Shown in pieces: positions 1 through 11,450 of a stretch of 64,000 nt of DNA. Source of the stretch: Camelus dromedarius. Lineage: Eukaryota. The stretch's first letter is position 1. The number at the start of each line of letters is the position of its first letter. Location of the stretch: contig NC_087472.1 in assembly GCF_036321535.1 (NCBI RefSeq), forward strand, positions 93,746,001 to 93,810,000, written 5' to 3'. Made by a program: the position numbers and the translations under genes. The notes under the pieces are model-generated. The model saw only the letters and a list, made by a program, of their open reading frames with translations. It was not told the DNA's origin and made no database searches.

Positions 1-720
1 AAGCAACATAATTTTAAAATCCCAAGAATATTAACCTAACGTCTGTAACACGTTTTATAGAGAAAATTATGTAACAAGTTCGAAGTGCATAAAAGAAAGC
101 CTGAATAAATGGAAAATTAGACACTTTGCCTGGATAAAAAGGCATACTAGTTTTTAAATGTCAATTATCTCAATTTCTTCAAAATTCTGTGTATCCCCAA
201 TGATAAACCAAGCAGAGTACTTAACAGAGTAAGTTTATATGGGAGAGTAAAATGTGTTTAGCTTTTTTTTGCTTTAGTAAAGTAAAACAAATAGAGGAAT
301 TTACCCTACAGATAGAAAGGTATTTATAAAGCGATACAAGTTAAAATAATGTTTTATTTCATAGACCATTTAAGGAGAATTATGAGTCAGGAAACATACT
401 TGTATATATATGGTCACAGCATATGACAGAGGTGGCATCATAAACATTGCAGAAAGCAAACACTACTCAATAAAGATGTTGGAAAACTTGGCTTTCCACT
501 TGGGAATAAAAGGACATACATTCCATTTGGGAATAAAAGGACATAAAAAGACATGCGTTCTGAGTAGACAAAACGTTTTAAATAACTTTAAAACAGATGA
601 AAAAATATGAGAATGCTTTTATAACCTCATATCAGGGAGAGCTTTTATATATAACAATACATACAACACATACAACCAAATGTACTTTTAAAAATAGATA
701 AAATGTAGGCTATTTTAAAG
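1..720 (+). mobile_element. Old, degraded L1 (L1M/L1ME-type) ORF2 3' part
   Basis: Decayed ORF2-like motifs in L1 order: ctgaataaatggaaa, aaatgtcaattatc, atatgacagaggtggcatc (YDRGG), tactcaataaagatgttggaaaacttgg. No open frame. Confidence 0.65.
494..547. repeat. 27-bp tandem duplication inside old L1
   Basis: ttccacttgggaataaaaggacataca followed by ttccatttgggaataaaaggacataaa (2 mismatches). Confidence 0.9.
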
Positions 721-769
721 ATAAAAACTCAGACCTCTCTTCCAAACTACAAATTCATGTATAAGTTCT

Positions 770-1070
770 CCTGTTGCACCTCTGCTAAAAACTCTCCAGT
801 ATTTCCTCTCTCACAATAAAAGCTGGAGCACAACAACATTTTAGCCCTTTATTATATGGCTCCCTAGTACCTCTCTCACTTTATCTCCTACTGTTGTCTC
901 CCTCACACTATCCATTCCAGCCTCACTGGCATTAGACACATGCTTATCTCAATGTCATTGCATTTCATGTTCTCTCTCTCCTCTTTCTCTCCCTGTCCTC
1001 TGCCCAGATATCCTTGTGACTCATATTCCCTCATTCTTTCAGATTATTTTACTTTTATGACATTTGTCCT
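770..1070 (+). mobile_element. L2 (L2a-like) fragment, left half of an interrupted element
   Basis: Pyrimidine-rich L2 3'-region motifs (ctccctcacactatccattccagcctcactggc, ctctgcccagatatcc). Continues at about 7350. Confidence 0.6.
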
Positions 1071-1595
1071 TCATCCATTGCTAGATCATATGGTAATTCT
1101 GTTTTAGACTTTAAAAAAATTTTATTGAAGTATAGTTGATTTACAATGTTATGTTAGTTTCAGGTGTACAGAAAAGTGATTCAGATATGTGTGTATGTAT
1201 ATGTATATAACACACATACATATTTATACATATATATGTACTTTTTCAGATTCTTTTCCATTATAGGTTATAACAAGATATTGAATATAGTTCCCCGTAC
1301 TATACAATAGGTCCTTGTTGTTCATCTATTTTAAGTAGTATATATCTGTTAATCCCAAACTACTAATTTTTCTCTCCCCTGCCTTCCTCTTTGGTAACTA
1401 TAGTTTGTTTTCTATGTCTGTGAGTTTTCTGGTCTGTAAATTAGTTCACTTGTATCATTTTTTAAGATTCCACATATAAATGACATCATATGATACTTGT
1501 CTTTGTCTGACTTACTTCACTTAATATAACTTTATGTCCATCCATGTTGCTGCAAATGGCATTATTTCATTCTTTTTATGGCTGTGTAGTATTCC

Positions 1596-1597
<2 letters not shown>

Positions 1598-1636
<39 letters not shown>
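1598..1636. repeat. (TG)n microsatellite
   Basis: Pure TG run inside the L1 3' region. Confidence 0.97.
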
Positions 1637-1638
<2 letters not shown>

Positions 1639-1747
1639 ACCACATCTTCATTATCAGTTCATCTGTTGATGGACATTTAGGTTGCTTCCATGTTTTGGCT
1701 GTTGTAAACACTGCTGCTATGAGCTTGGGGTGCATTTATCTTTTTGA

Positions 1748-2074
1748 TGTCTTTTTTAATGTCTTTTTTAAAATATATTTTTATTGAAGTATAGTCAGTT
1801 TACAGTGTTGTGTCAATTTCTAGTGTACAGCACAATACTTCAGTCGTATAAGAACATACATATATTCATTTTCATATTCTCTTTCACCATAAGTTACTAC
1901 AAGATATTGAATATAGTTCCCTGTGCTATACAGTATAAACTTGTTGTTTATTTATTTTTTATATATTAGTTAGTATCTGCAAATCTCAGACTCCCAATTT
2001 ATCTTTTCCCACTCCCTTTCTCCCCAGTAACCATAAATTTGTTTTCTATTTCTGTGAGTCTGTTTCTGTTTTGT
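1748..2074 (-). mobile_element. 5'-truncated younger L1 3'UTR nested in the large L1
   Basis: Second L1 3' end (ttttattgaagtatagtcagtttacagtgttgtgtcaatttc) with a T-rich tail. It splits the host sequence tgcatttatctttttga|attagagttttctctggatatatg. Confidence 0.85.
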
Positions 2075-4855
2075 GAATTAGAGTTTTCTCTGGATATATG
2101 CTGAGGAGTGGGATTGCTAGATCATATGGAAACTCCATACAATTTTCCATAGTGGCTGCACCAATTTACATTCTCACTGACAATGTGGGAGGGTTCCCTT
2201 TTCTCCACACCCTCTCCAGCATTATTTGTAGACTTGGTGATGGTCATTCTGACAGGAATGAGATGATACTTCAACATAGTTTTGGTTTGCGTTTCTCTCA
2301 TAGTGATGTTGAGCATCTTTTCATGTGCCTGTTGGCCATCTGTATATCTTCTTTGGAGAAATGTCTATTTGGGTCTTCCACCCTTCTGTTGATTGGGTTG
2401 GTTGTTTTTGATATTAAGTTGTATGAGCTGTTCATATATTTTGGAAATTAATCCCTTGTCAGTTACATTGTTTGCAAATATTTTCTCTCATTCTGTAGGT
2501 TGTATTTTCATTTTGTTTATGGTTTCCTTTGCTGTGCAAAAGCTTTTAAGTTTAATTAGGCCCCATTTGTTTATTTTTCATTTTATTTCCATTACTCTAG
2601 GAGACAGATCCAAAAAAAATATTGCTGTGATTTATGTAAAAGAGTGTTCTGCCTGTGTTTTCCTCTAGGTGTTTTAGAGTATCTGGTATTACATTTAGAT
2701 CTCTAATCCATTTTGAGTTTATTTTTGTATATGGTCTTAGAAAATGTTCTAATTTCAGTCTTTTACATGTAGCTGTCCAGTTTGCCCAGCACCACTTATT
2801 GAAGAGACTGTCTTTTCTCCATTGTGTATTCTTGCCTCCTTTGTCATAGATTAATTGACCATAAGTGTGTGGGTTTATTTCTGGACTTTCTGTCCTGTTC
2901 CACTGATCTATGGGTCTGTTTTTGTGCCAATACCATAGTGCTGTGATTACTATAGCTTTGTCTGAAGTGAGGGAGCATGATTCCTCCAGCTTTTTTCTTC
3001 TTTCTCAAGATTGTTTTGGCTGTTCAGGATCTTTGGTATTTCCATTCAAATTTTAAATTTTTTTTGTTCCAGTTCTATGAAAAATGCCATTGGTAATTTA
3101 ATGGAGATTGCACTGAATCTGTATATTGCCTTGGGTAATATGACCATTTTAACAACATTGATTCTTCCAATCCAAGAACACAGTATATTTTTCTATCTGT
3201 GTTGTCTTCAATTTCTTTCATAAGCATCTTACAGTTTTAAGAGTACAGGTCTTTTGCCTCCTTAGCTAGGTTTATTCTTAGGTGTTTTATTCTCTTTGAT
3301 GCAATGGTAAGTGGTATTGTTTCCTGAATTTCTCTTTCTGATATTTTGTTATTAGTGTATAGAAATGCAGTGGATTTCTGTATATTAACTTTGTATCCTG
3401 TAACTTTACCAAATTCATTGATGAGCCCAGTAGTTTTCTGGTAGCGTCTTTCAGATTTTCTGTGTATAGTACCATGTCATCTAGAGTGATACTTTTAGTC
3501 TTTCTTTTCCAATTTGAATTCCTTTTATTTCTTTTTCTTCTCTGATTGCTGTGACTAGGACTTCCAAAACTATGTTGAATGAGAGTGACGAGAGTGGGCA
3601 TCCTTGTCTTGTTTCTGATCTTAGAGGAAATGCTTTCAGCTTTTCACCACTGAATATGATGTTAGCTGTGGATTTGTCATATATGGCTTTTATTATGTTG
3701 AAGTATGTTCCCTCTATGTCCACTTTCTGGAGAATTTTATCATAAATGGATCTTGAATTTTATCAAAAGCTTTTTCTGCATCTTTTGAGAAACCATATTG
3801 TTTTTATTCTTCAATTTGTTAATGTGGTCTATCAAATTGATTCATTTGGGAATATTGAAAATCCTTGCATCCTTGGGAAAAAAATCCCACTAGATGATCA
3901 TAGTATATGATCCTTTTAATGTATTGTTGGATTCAGTTTGCTTATTATTTTATTGAGGATTTTTGCATCTATGTTTACCAGTGATACTGGCCTGTAATTT
4001 TCTATTTTGTGATATCTTTGTCTGCTCTTGGTATCAGGGTGATGGTGGCCTCATAGAATGAATTTGAAAGTGTTCCTTCCTTGGCAATTTTTGGAGTAGT
4101 TTCAATCTTTATTTTTAAAGTCTATTTTGTCTGATATAAATGTTACTGCTCCAGCTTTTCTTTGATTTCCATTTGCATGGAATACCTTTTTCCATCCCTT
4201 CACTTTAAGTTTGTATGTGTCTCTAGATCTGAAGTCAGTCACTTGTAGGCAGCAAATATATGGGTCTTGTTTTTCTATCCATTCAGCCAGTCTGTGTTTT
4301 TGGGTTAGAGCATTTAATCGATTTACATTTAAGGTAGTTATCATTATGTATGTTCTTATTGCCATTTTGTTAATTGTTTTGGATTAGTTTTTATAGGTCT
4401 TTTTTTTCCCCTTTTCTTCTTTTGTTCTCTTCTCTTGTGATTTGGTGACTATATTTAGTGTTGTGTTTGGATTCCTTTTTCTTTTTTGTGTGTGTATGTA
4501 TTATAGATTTTTGGTTTGCAGTTACCATGAGGTTTTGGTATAGAAGTCTATATATATATGTGTGATTGCATTGAGTTTCTGATCTCTTAATGTCAAATGC
4601 ATTTTAAATATCCTGCATTTATACTCTTCCCCCCTCACAATTACTGTTTTTGATATCATATTTTACATTTAATTATTTTGTGTATCCCTTAACTGCTTAT
4701 TGTTGATACAGATGATTTTACTACTTTTGTCTTTTAACCTTCCTACTATTTCATGTGTGGATGACTTTCTACCTTTACTGCATGTTTGCCTTTACCAATG
4801 AGCTTCTCCATTTCATAATTTTCCTTGTTTTTAGTTGTATCCTTTTCTTTTCTGC

Positions 4856-5738
4856 CTAGAGAAGTTCTTTAGCATCTGTTATAAAGCTTCTTTGGTGGTG
4901 CTGAATTCTTTTGGCTTTTGCTTATCTGTAAAGCTTTTGCTTTCTCTGTCAAATCTAAATGAGAGCCTTGCTGGGTGGAGTATTCTTGGTTGTACGTTTT
5001 TCCCTTTCATCACATACATTGTGCTACTCCTTTCTGGCCTGCAGAGTTTTTGCTGAAAAATCAGCTGATAGTCTTATGAGAGTTCCTTTGTATGTTATTT
5101 GTTGCTTTGCCCTTATTACTTTTAATATTCTTTCTTTGTCTTTAATTTTTATGATTTTAATTAGTGTGTCTCGGTGTGTTCCTCTTAGGGTTAATCCTGT
5201 ATGGGATTCTGTGCTTCCTGGACTTGGGTGACTTATTTCCTTTCCTAGGTTAGGGAAGTTTTTAGCTATTATTTCTTCAAATATTTTATCAGGCCCTTTC
5301 TCCCTTTCTTCTCCTTCTGGGGCCCCTAGAATGCTAATATTAGTGCTTTTGATGTTGTCCCAGAGATCTCTTAAACTGTCCTCACTTCTTTTCATTCTTT
5401 TTTCTGTTTTCTAGTAGTGATTTCCATTATTCTGTATTCTAGCTCACTGATCTGTTCTGAGCCTCCTTTAGTCTACTATCGATTCCTTCTAGTGTATTTT
5501 TCATTTCAGTTATTGTATTCTTCAAATCTGTTTGGCTGTTCTTTATATTTTCTAACTCCTTGTTAAAAAAGTCTGTCTTGTTGCTTTGTGCATCCATTCT
5601 CCTTCTGAGTTATTGGATCATCTTTATGATCATTACTCTGAACTCTTTCTCAGGTAGATTGCCTATCTCCTTGTTACTTAGTTCTTCTGGGATTTTATCT
5701 TGTTCCTTTTTCTGGCACATGTCCCTCTGCTGCCTCAT
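4856..5738 (-). pseudogene. L1 ORF1, disrupted
   Basis: SEDSLRDLWDNIKSTNISILGAPEGEEREKG..IFEEIIAKNFPNLGKE and ITYKGTLIRLSADFS..TLQAR. Likely ATG at 5736-5738 and TAG at 4856-4858. Confidence 0.9.
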
Positions 5739-6810
5739 TTTGTCTAAATTTCTATTTGTATTTTTATCTATGTGTTAGATTAGTTATGTTTCTTGACCTT
5801 GGAGAAATGGCTCTGTGTAGGAGAAATCCTGTGTGTCCCAGCAGTACACTTCCCTCTTGTCACTCAAAAGCCAGGGGTCAGCTGGTCCTGGGGTAGGGTC
5901 TAGCCTGCATTTGTGGACTCATTCCACAGGCTCTGGGATTTTAGTTTTCTTGCTTCTAGTAGCTGCTCCTGCTGGGTGAGGCTGGTCTAGAGATTTGTGC
6001 AGGCTCCCTGGTGGGAGGTGCCGGTGCCTGCTTGGTCTTGGCCCTCTGGTGGGTAGGGCCTTGTCTAAGGACGTGTCCAGAGGCAGCTGTGGCTCAGGAA
6101 GACTTTAGGCAGCCTATCTGCTGATGAGTGTGGATGTGTCCCCAGCTAGTTAGTTGTTTGACCTGAGGCTTCCCAGTATTGAATTCTGCAGGCTTTGGGT
6201 GGGGCCACGTCTTGGTGCTAATGACTCAAGCAGTATGTCAGCTTCCAGGAGAATTCATTCAGGTGACTACTCCCCAACATGTCTGCCACCATGTCTGTGT
6301 CCTTAGGGTAAATGACAGCTGCATACCACGTCCTCAAGAGACCCTCCAAGACCAGCCGGTAAGTCTGGCCCAGGATCCTATGAAATTACTGCTTTTGCCC
6401 TTGGTCCCAACAAGCATGAGATTTTGTGTGCACCCTTTAAGAGTACAGTCTATTTCCCCCAGTCCAGTTTAGCTCCTGCAGTTAAGCCTCTCTGGCCTGG
6501 GGGGTCCTCTTCCCAGTACTAGGCTCCCAGGCTGGGAAGCCTGACATGGGGATCAGAACTCTCACTACTGTGGGAGAACCGCTGCAATATAATTATTGTC
6601 TAGTTCATGGGTCGCCCACGTAGGGGGTATAGGATTTGATTATGTCACAGGTCTGCCACTCCTATCTGTCTCGTTGTGGATTCTTCTTTATGTCTTTAGT
6701 TGTGGAAGATCTTTTCTGGTAGGTTCCAATCTTTTTTATTGATGATCTGCAGTTAGTTGTGATTATGGTATGTTAGTAAGAGGATGTGAGCTCCAGTTAA
6801 CTTCTACCCT

Positions 6811-6825
6811 GCCATCTTGGCCACC
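6811..6825 (-). promoter_or_regulatory. L1 5'UTR start with YY1-type core (CAAGATGGC)
   Basis: gccatcttggccacc reads ggtggccaagatggc on the minus strand, the typical mammalian L1 5'-terminal motif. Confidence 0.7.
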
Positions 6826-6900
6826 AGCCCCGACCCCCAGCACTGAGTCTGGCCCAGCATCACTGGTCACCAGATGAGGTCAAGCTGAGTCCAAGGTGGC

Positions 6901-7037
6901 CTATTTTAGATTTTTGAGGAACCACTATACTGTTTTCCATAATGACTGTATCATTTTACATTCCCACCAATAGTGTATAAAGGTTCCCTTACTAACGTTT
7001 CTTATCTCTCATCTTTTTGATTATAGCTATCCTAACA
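6901..7037 (-). mobile_element. Inverted 5' segment of an L1MA-type element (joins 1078-1112)
   Basis: gctagatcatatggtaattctgttttaga (1080-1108) continues as ctattttagatttttgaggaaccactatactgttttccat, an ORF2 C-terminal stretch in antisense. Confidence 0.75.
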
Positions 7038-7345
7038 GGGCTGGGGGCAAGGGGAAATGGGTGCTGTAGGTCAAAGGGTAGTTATAGGAAGTACAGGTCT
7101 GAGGATTAATATACAGTGTGGCAACTATAGTTAAAAATACTGTATTGTACACTTACAAATCACTGAAAGTAGATGTTAAGCATTCCCACAGCACAGAAAG
7201 TTAACTATGTTAACTATGTGAGGTGATGGATATGTTAATTATCTTGATCTTTGTAATCATTGTGCAATATATATGCATATCAAACTGTCATGTTTTATGC
7301 CTTAAATATATACAATTATTCCTCAATAAACTTAAAATTAAATAA
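7038..7345 (+). mobile_element. L1MA9/L1MA10-like 3'UTR
   Basis: ggtcaaagggta, actatagttaaaaatactgtattgtacactt, gttaactatgtgaggtgatggatatgttaatta, ctcaataaa, then an A-rich tail. Confidence 0.8.
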
Positions 7346-7349
7346 TTAA

Positions 7350-7590
7350 ACCCCTCTAAATCTCCCTGTCACTTGCTGTATCCTTTCTATAGCAGTTATT
7401 ACAATCTAACTTTTTATATATTTTATTATTTGTATTTTTATTTTCTACATCCAAACTTCCCCTGGCCTGCCACTAGAATATAAGCTGTATGAGAGCAGAT
7501 GTTTTATATGTCATTTTTTTACATGTCTCTAGCACCAAAGATAGAGCCTGACAGTGATTCAATACATTTTTTAAATGAATGAATGAATAG
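7350..7590 (+). mobile_element. L2a 3' end
   Basis: cactagaatataagctgtatgagagcaga...agagcctgaca...tcaatacattttttaaatgaatgaatgaa, the L2 terminal TGAA repeats. Confidence 0.8.
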
Positions 7591-7690
7591 GTATCACTGG
7601 GGATACTGGGAGAGAAGCAGGCAGGATATAATTGGATAGAACTTTTTCTATAAATCAATTGTCTTATTATACTCAAAAATAGACAAAATG

Positions 7691-7830
7691 GGAGGGAGGG
7701 TACAGTTCAGTGGTAGAGAACTTGCTTAGCATGCACAGGGTCCTGGGTTCAATCCCTAGTACTGCCATTAAAATAAATCAATCAACCTTATTACCTCCCT
7801 CTCCCTGAAAAAAATTAATTAATTAATTTA
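7691..7830 (+). mobile_element. tRNA-derived SINE, camelid vic-1-like
   Basis: A-box-like cagttcagtggtagag and B-box gggttcaatcc, AT-rich tail. 16-bp TSD aaaaatagacaaaatg (7675-7690) / aaaaatagacaaagtg (7831-7846). Confidence 0.9.
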
Positions 7831-8029
7831 AAAAATAGACAAAGTGAATATGAGAAATTGTAATTAGTGGTTAATTTTGTATGGTACAAATATAGGCATT
7901 TTGTATTTTCCTGTACTTCTAAAATTTATAGAAATTTAAACATGAAAAATGACTCAAAATGAGACAAAAATCATTACTGGGTACCAAGGATATGCACACA
8001 CTTGAGATTCTTAATCCATATTGACGTAT

Positions 8030-8410
8030 TTTCAAAACTGGAGATAACCTAGTATCCAATAATAAGTTAACACTTAAAAAAGAGGTATAATACATCTGTT
8101 TGGTGAAGTTTTATGTAACCGTTCAGAAGCGTATGTTGCCGTTAAGAATATCTATTGACATGGTAAAATGTTCAAGATAAAATTGTAAGTGAAAAAAGTA
8201 GGTTATGCAGTGGTGTATACAGCAAGATCTTTAATTTTCTATATGTGTGTTAGTGTGTGTATGTATATATGTATAATATATAAATAGCAAAGAAAAATAT
8301 ACAGCATTTAACATGGTTTCTGTCTAAGAAGTAAGATTATTAGTAAATTTTTATGCTTTTCCACACTTCCACAATTCTGATAGAAAATTTTGTAATCAGA
8401 AAAAAGATAA
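8030..8410 (+). mobile_element. L1ME-type 3' end
   Basis: aaaactggagataacctagtatcc, tattgacatggtaaaatgttcaaga, taagtgaaaaaagtaggtta, tttgtaatcagaaaaaa. Confidence 0.65.
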
Positions 8411-8896
8411 AATCTCTTAGAAACAAATTTCATTCTGCTATATGTGAATTTTGTCTCTTACTAGGGCCATTTGATATTTAGGAACATTTCTATTTTTGTT
8501 CCAGTGGTTAGCTTTATAATCATATGGTTATATAATTACCTTTATTCCTTTATTCCTGTATAAAAGTCTAGTATTTTCTATTATGAACAATAGTATTCTT
8601 GTCTTTTTCCTTCATTTCCTCTCTATTCTCTATTATACCACTCAGTTTTAGTTAATAATATTACCTTTATTCAGTTTTACCTTTACCCTGTTATATTTTA
8701 ATACCTCATCTTTTATGAAAACCAGTTCATTCAATGCTATAATTTTACAAGCATCAAAATATAGCTATGACAGTTGTGTAAGTGTTGATTATAGTAGTTA
8801 ACTGGCTCTATGCCAGTTGCTCCAAAGCCTGTCATGCTTCTCACATTTGTGACTACAAGAATCAAGCCTCTAGAATTCCAGACAAACCTTTTACTA

Positions 8897-8941
<45 letters not shown>
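8897..8941. repeat. (TTA)n microsatellite
   Basis: Pure trinucleotide run. Confidence 0.97.
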
Positions 8942-8942
<1 letters not shown>

Positions 8943-9006
8943 GCATTCTAAATACTTTACATTAAAATTTAAAGTATTGGTCATATGCTTTAAACTTTGA
9001 TGATTC

Positions 9007-9499
9007 TGTATCAGTAAAGGTCTTGGAGGAAACAAAATCTACCTCGTGTGGTTTAAGTAAAGAGACATTAGATAAATCTCCTTATGGGAGTGTTAAAAGA
9101 TTTAAAGGAACAAGCAAGATATGGGGACAGCATCCACAGACTAGCAGTAGATGAAAACTTTTATCACCCCAAGGAAAGTCTGTATCACTCCAAAGTCTGG
9201 AGCTGAGAGGGAAGGAAGTAGTGTTTGTTACTGGATCCCAGGGAGACCTAGTGTCAAGGAGCAGCCATTCACTGGGAGCTGTGTTTTCGGAGCAGGAAGC
9301 AAGAAATGTAGCACCAAAGTCAGTAGAAACAGGAAAGAAACATTCTACATCATATCTTTCTAGTCCCATTCCATGATCACTCATTGAGATTGCACCTCAC
9401 ATTAACTGAATCCAAAGTATATGCAGCTGGGAAAGGAGCCTGCAAGATTCAGTCAACAGGGCTTAGTCTCCCAGGCCACTAATCAGGGCAGGGAAAGTA

Positions 9500-9539
<40 letters not shown>

Positions 9540-9577
9540 CGTATGTTTGGGATTGGCAACAGAGAATAACTCCCACA
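9007..9577 (-). mobile_element. ERVL-class solo LTR, LTR33-like
   Basis: TG...CA ends. tgtatcagtaaaggtcttggaggaaaca, ttaaaggaacaagcaagatatgg..cagcatcca..gactagcag and agtcaacagggcttagtctcccagg match my recollection of the LTR33 reverse complement. Confidence 0.65.
9502..9546. repeat. (TG)n(CG)n compound microsatellite
   Basis: Alternating purine-pyrimidine run. Confidence 0.95.
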
Positions 9578-10929
9578 GGCTATCACTTTAGCCTCTCAGC
9601 AAATGTAATTATCTTTACTTGTATCTAGTGCCAGCATTTCTTGCAGACCAGTCTTGAAACCAGACCTACATATTTTTTTCTCTTTTGCTGTCTAGTCATA
9701 AGGAATTCTCCATGAAACCATAGGTATTGGTTGAGAGTAAGGTAGCAAAATGGCAGGAATGAGTAGTAGAAAAAAAAAATCTCTCTCCTCTTGCACTGCA
9801 ATTTCTTGCTACTGCCATTTCATTAGCCAGACCCTACCAGGATGCAGAGGACTAGGTAGCCCAGGTGATAAAATCTGCAGACATCAGCTTTACAGAAAGG
9901 AATGGAAATTTGTTGTGGCAGTGGGGGGACAAGTGTGAATAACAGTCACAAATTGAATCTGTTGAAATTGGATCTTATATCGACTCAAGTCTTAAGACCC
10001 CATCAATACAAAATTAGAGAGGACATATATTAAGTAGATTATATTTTAATAAGGTAATCTCTAAATCTGTAGTTTAAATAAGTTTCCCTTTATTCAAAGA
10101 TAACTGGCATGTATGAGTAAGGGTGTGAATTTAAGAGTAAGGGGAGTAGAGAAAGAAAGGTTATTTCACTGATTTCAATCAACTGTTGCCAAAGATACTT
10201 AGAAAATAATAAACGAGTACCATGTAAAAGTTTCCAGAGTACTCTAACGTAGATGACTGACTCGTTAGATTTCCCAAAGAGCAATGAACTTTGCATGAGT
10301 GATGTTCTCCCATGAGATGACATATTCCTTCATCATTTGATTAACTACCTGGTTAAAAATACTTAGAGCTTCTGGATTTCCATACACTCTAGAAGTGATT
10401 TTTAGACCATTATAGTTTTTGCTGATGACAGATTATTTCATGTAATTCTCACAATGCTAAATAAACTTAATTTTCTTCAGGTTAGTCAGAACAAATACAA
10501 CTCTGCACTCTCTCCTTTTGTCAACATTTATCTTGATTTATACTTTCTAGAAAGATTACTTATGTCATAAACTCTTCCTTTTGAAGACAGTGTTTTCAGA
10601 ACATGCTCCAGAGATACTTGCTTTAAATCTACTTGTTGTCTGATACCTATAGTGTGACATTTTTGTTTCATGCAGATTAAGTAAATCTTTCATGCTACAG
10701 TTTATGAAATGCTGAGATGTTATATTTATTTTATAAAACTCAAGCAAATTTTAAAGCAACTTTCATTTGGTAACTATTGCCTTGACATAACAGGAAAAAC
10801 CAGTTTCTAAAAAGAAGAAACTATAGATTATTTTATCTAATATTGCACACTGGAAAATAAATAACATTTTTATTGAGCACATTCTTCAGTATTCACACAA
10901 TGTCTTCTTATCCATATATTTTATTTTAC

Positions 10930-11450
10930 TGTATTTGAAATTATTATTCTGAAATATATATATATATATAAAATGAAGAGGTAGAAATCAATGATTCTTC
11001 TTAAAGACAACACTCTGTAAATACTGACCTAGGTAAAAAATATCACATTGAAACACTATAGAAGTCTCTCTTTTGCCACTTTCTTTTTACAACCATCCTA
11101 TCTCACAAAAATAACCATGCTCGTGTCATTTATAGTAATCATCTGCTCACTTTCGTGCATAGTTTTACCACATCAGTAACCATTCTTAAATACTTCAGTT
11201 TAATCTAGTTTTCTTTTTGTAAAGATGTTATTTAAGGGATCTTTAGTTTTACATTATATTTTTGAGATGTGTCTGTGTTACTGCATGCAGCTTTATCTAT
11301 TTTCATTGCTGTATAGTTTTCTTTATAACAATATTCAATAATTTTTCCCTTATGACTCTTGATTTGAAATTTGGGTTAGCTGTGGTTTGAGTTTTATAAA
11401 TAATGTTGTTAAGACCATTCTTTTGCATGTCTCAGTGCATGGGAAGAGCA
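10930..11450 (-). mobile_element. L1ME-type 3' fragment
   Basis: catagttttaccaca, ttttcattgctgtatagt, ataaataatgttgttaagaccattcttttgcatgtctc. Confidence 0.6.

Larger units (their letters stand above)
1463..4365 (-). pseudogene. L1 ORF2 (endonuclease/reverse transcriptase), disrupted
   Basis: EN N-terminus MAIRTYIMITTLNVNRLN..KQDPYICCLQ at 4102-4365. RT motif [28 protein letters not shown] at 3481-3723. C-terminal YHLIPVRM at 2122-2316. Many frameshifts and stops. Confidence 0.92.
1113..6900 (-). mobile_element. Near full-span cetartiodactyl-type L1 (5'UTR-ORF1-long spacer-ORF2-3'UTR) with internal ORF2 deletion
   Basis: 3' end ttttattgaagtatagttgatttacaatgtt near 1120. ORF2 and ORF1 peptides on the minus strand, GC-richer 5'UTR at 5740-6830. 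Imperfect TSD ctgttttagacttt (1099-1112) / ctattttagatttt (6901-6914). Confidence 0.93.

Noticed and set aside
7691..7770. tRNA gene
   Set aside because: It has A/B boxes but also an AT-rich tail and a TSD, so it is a SINE. The same holds for 14222-14326.
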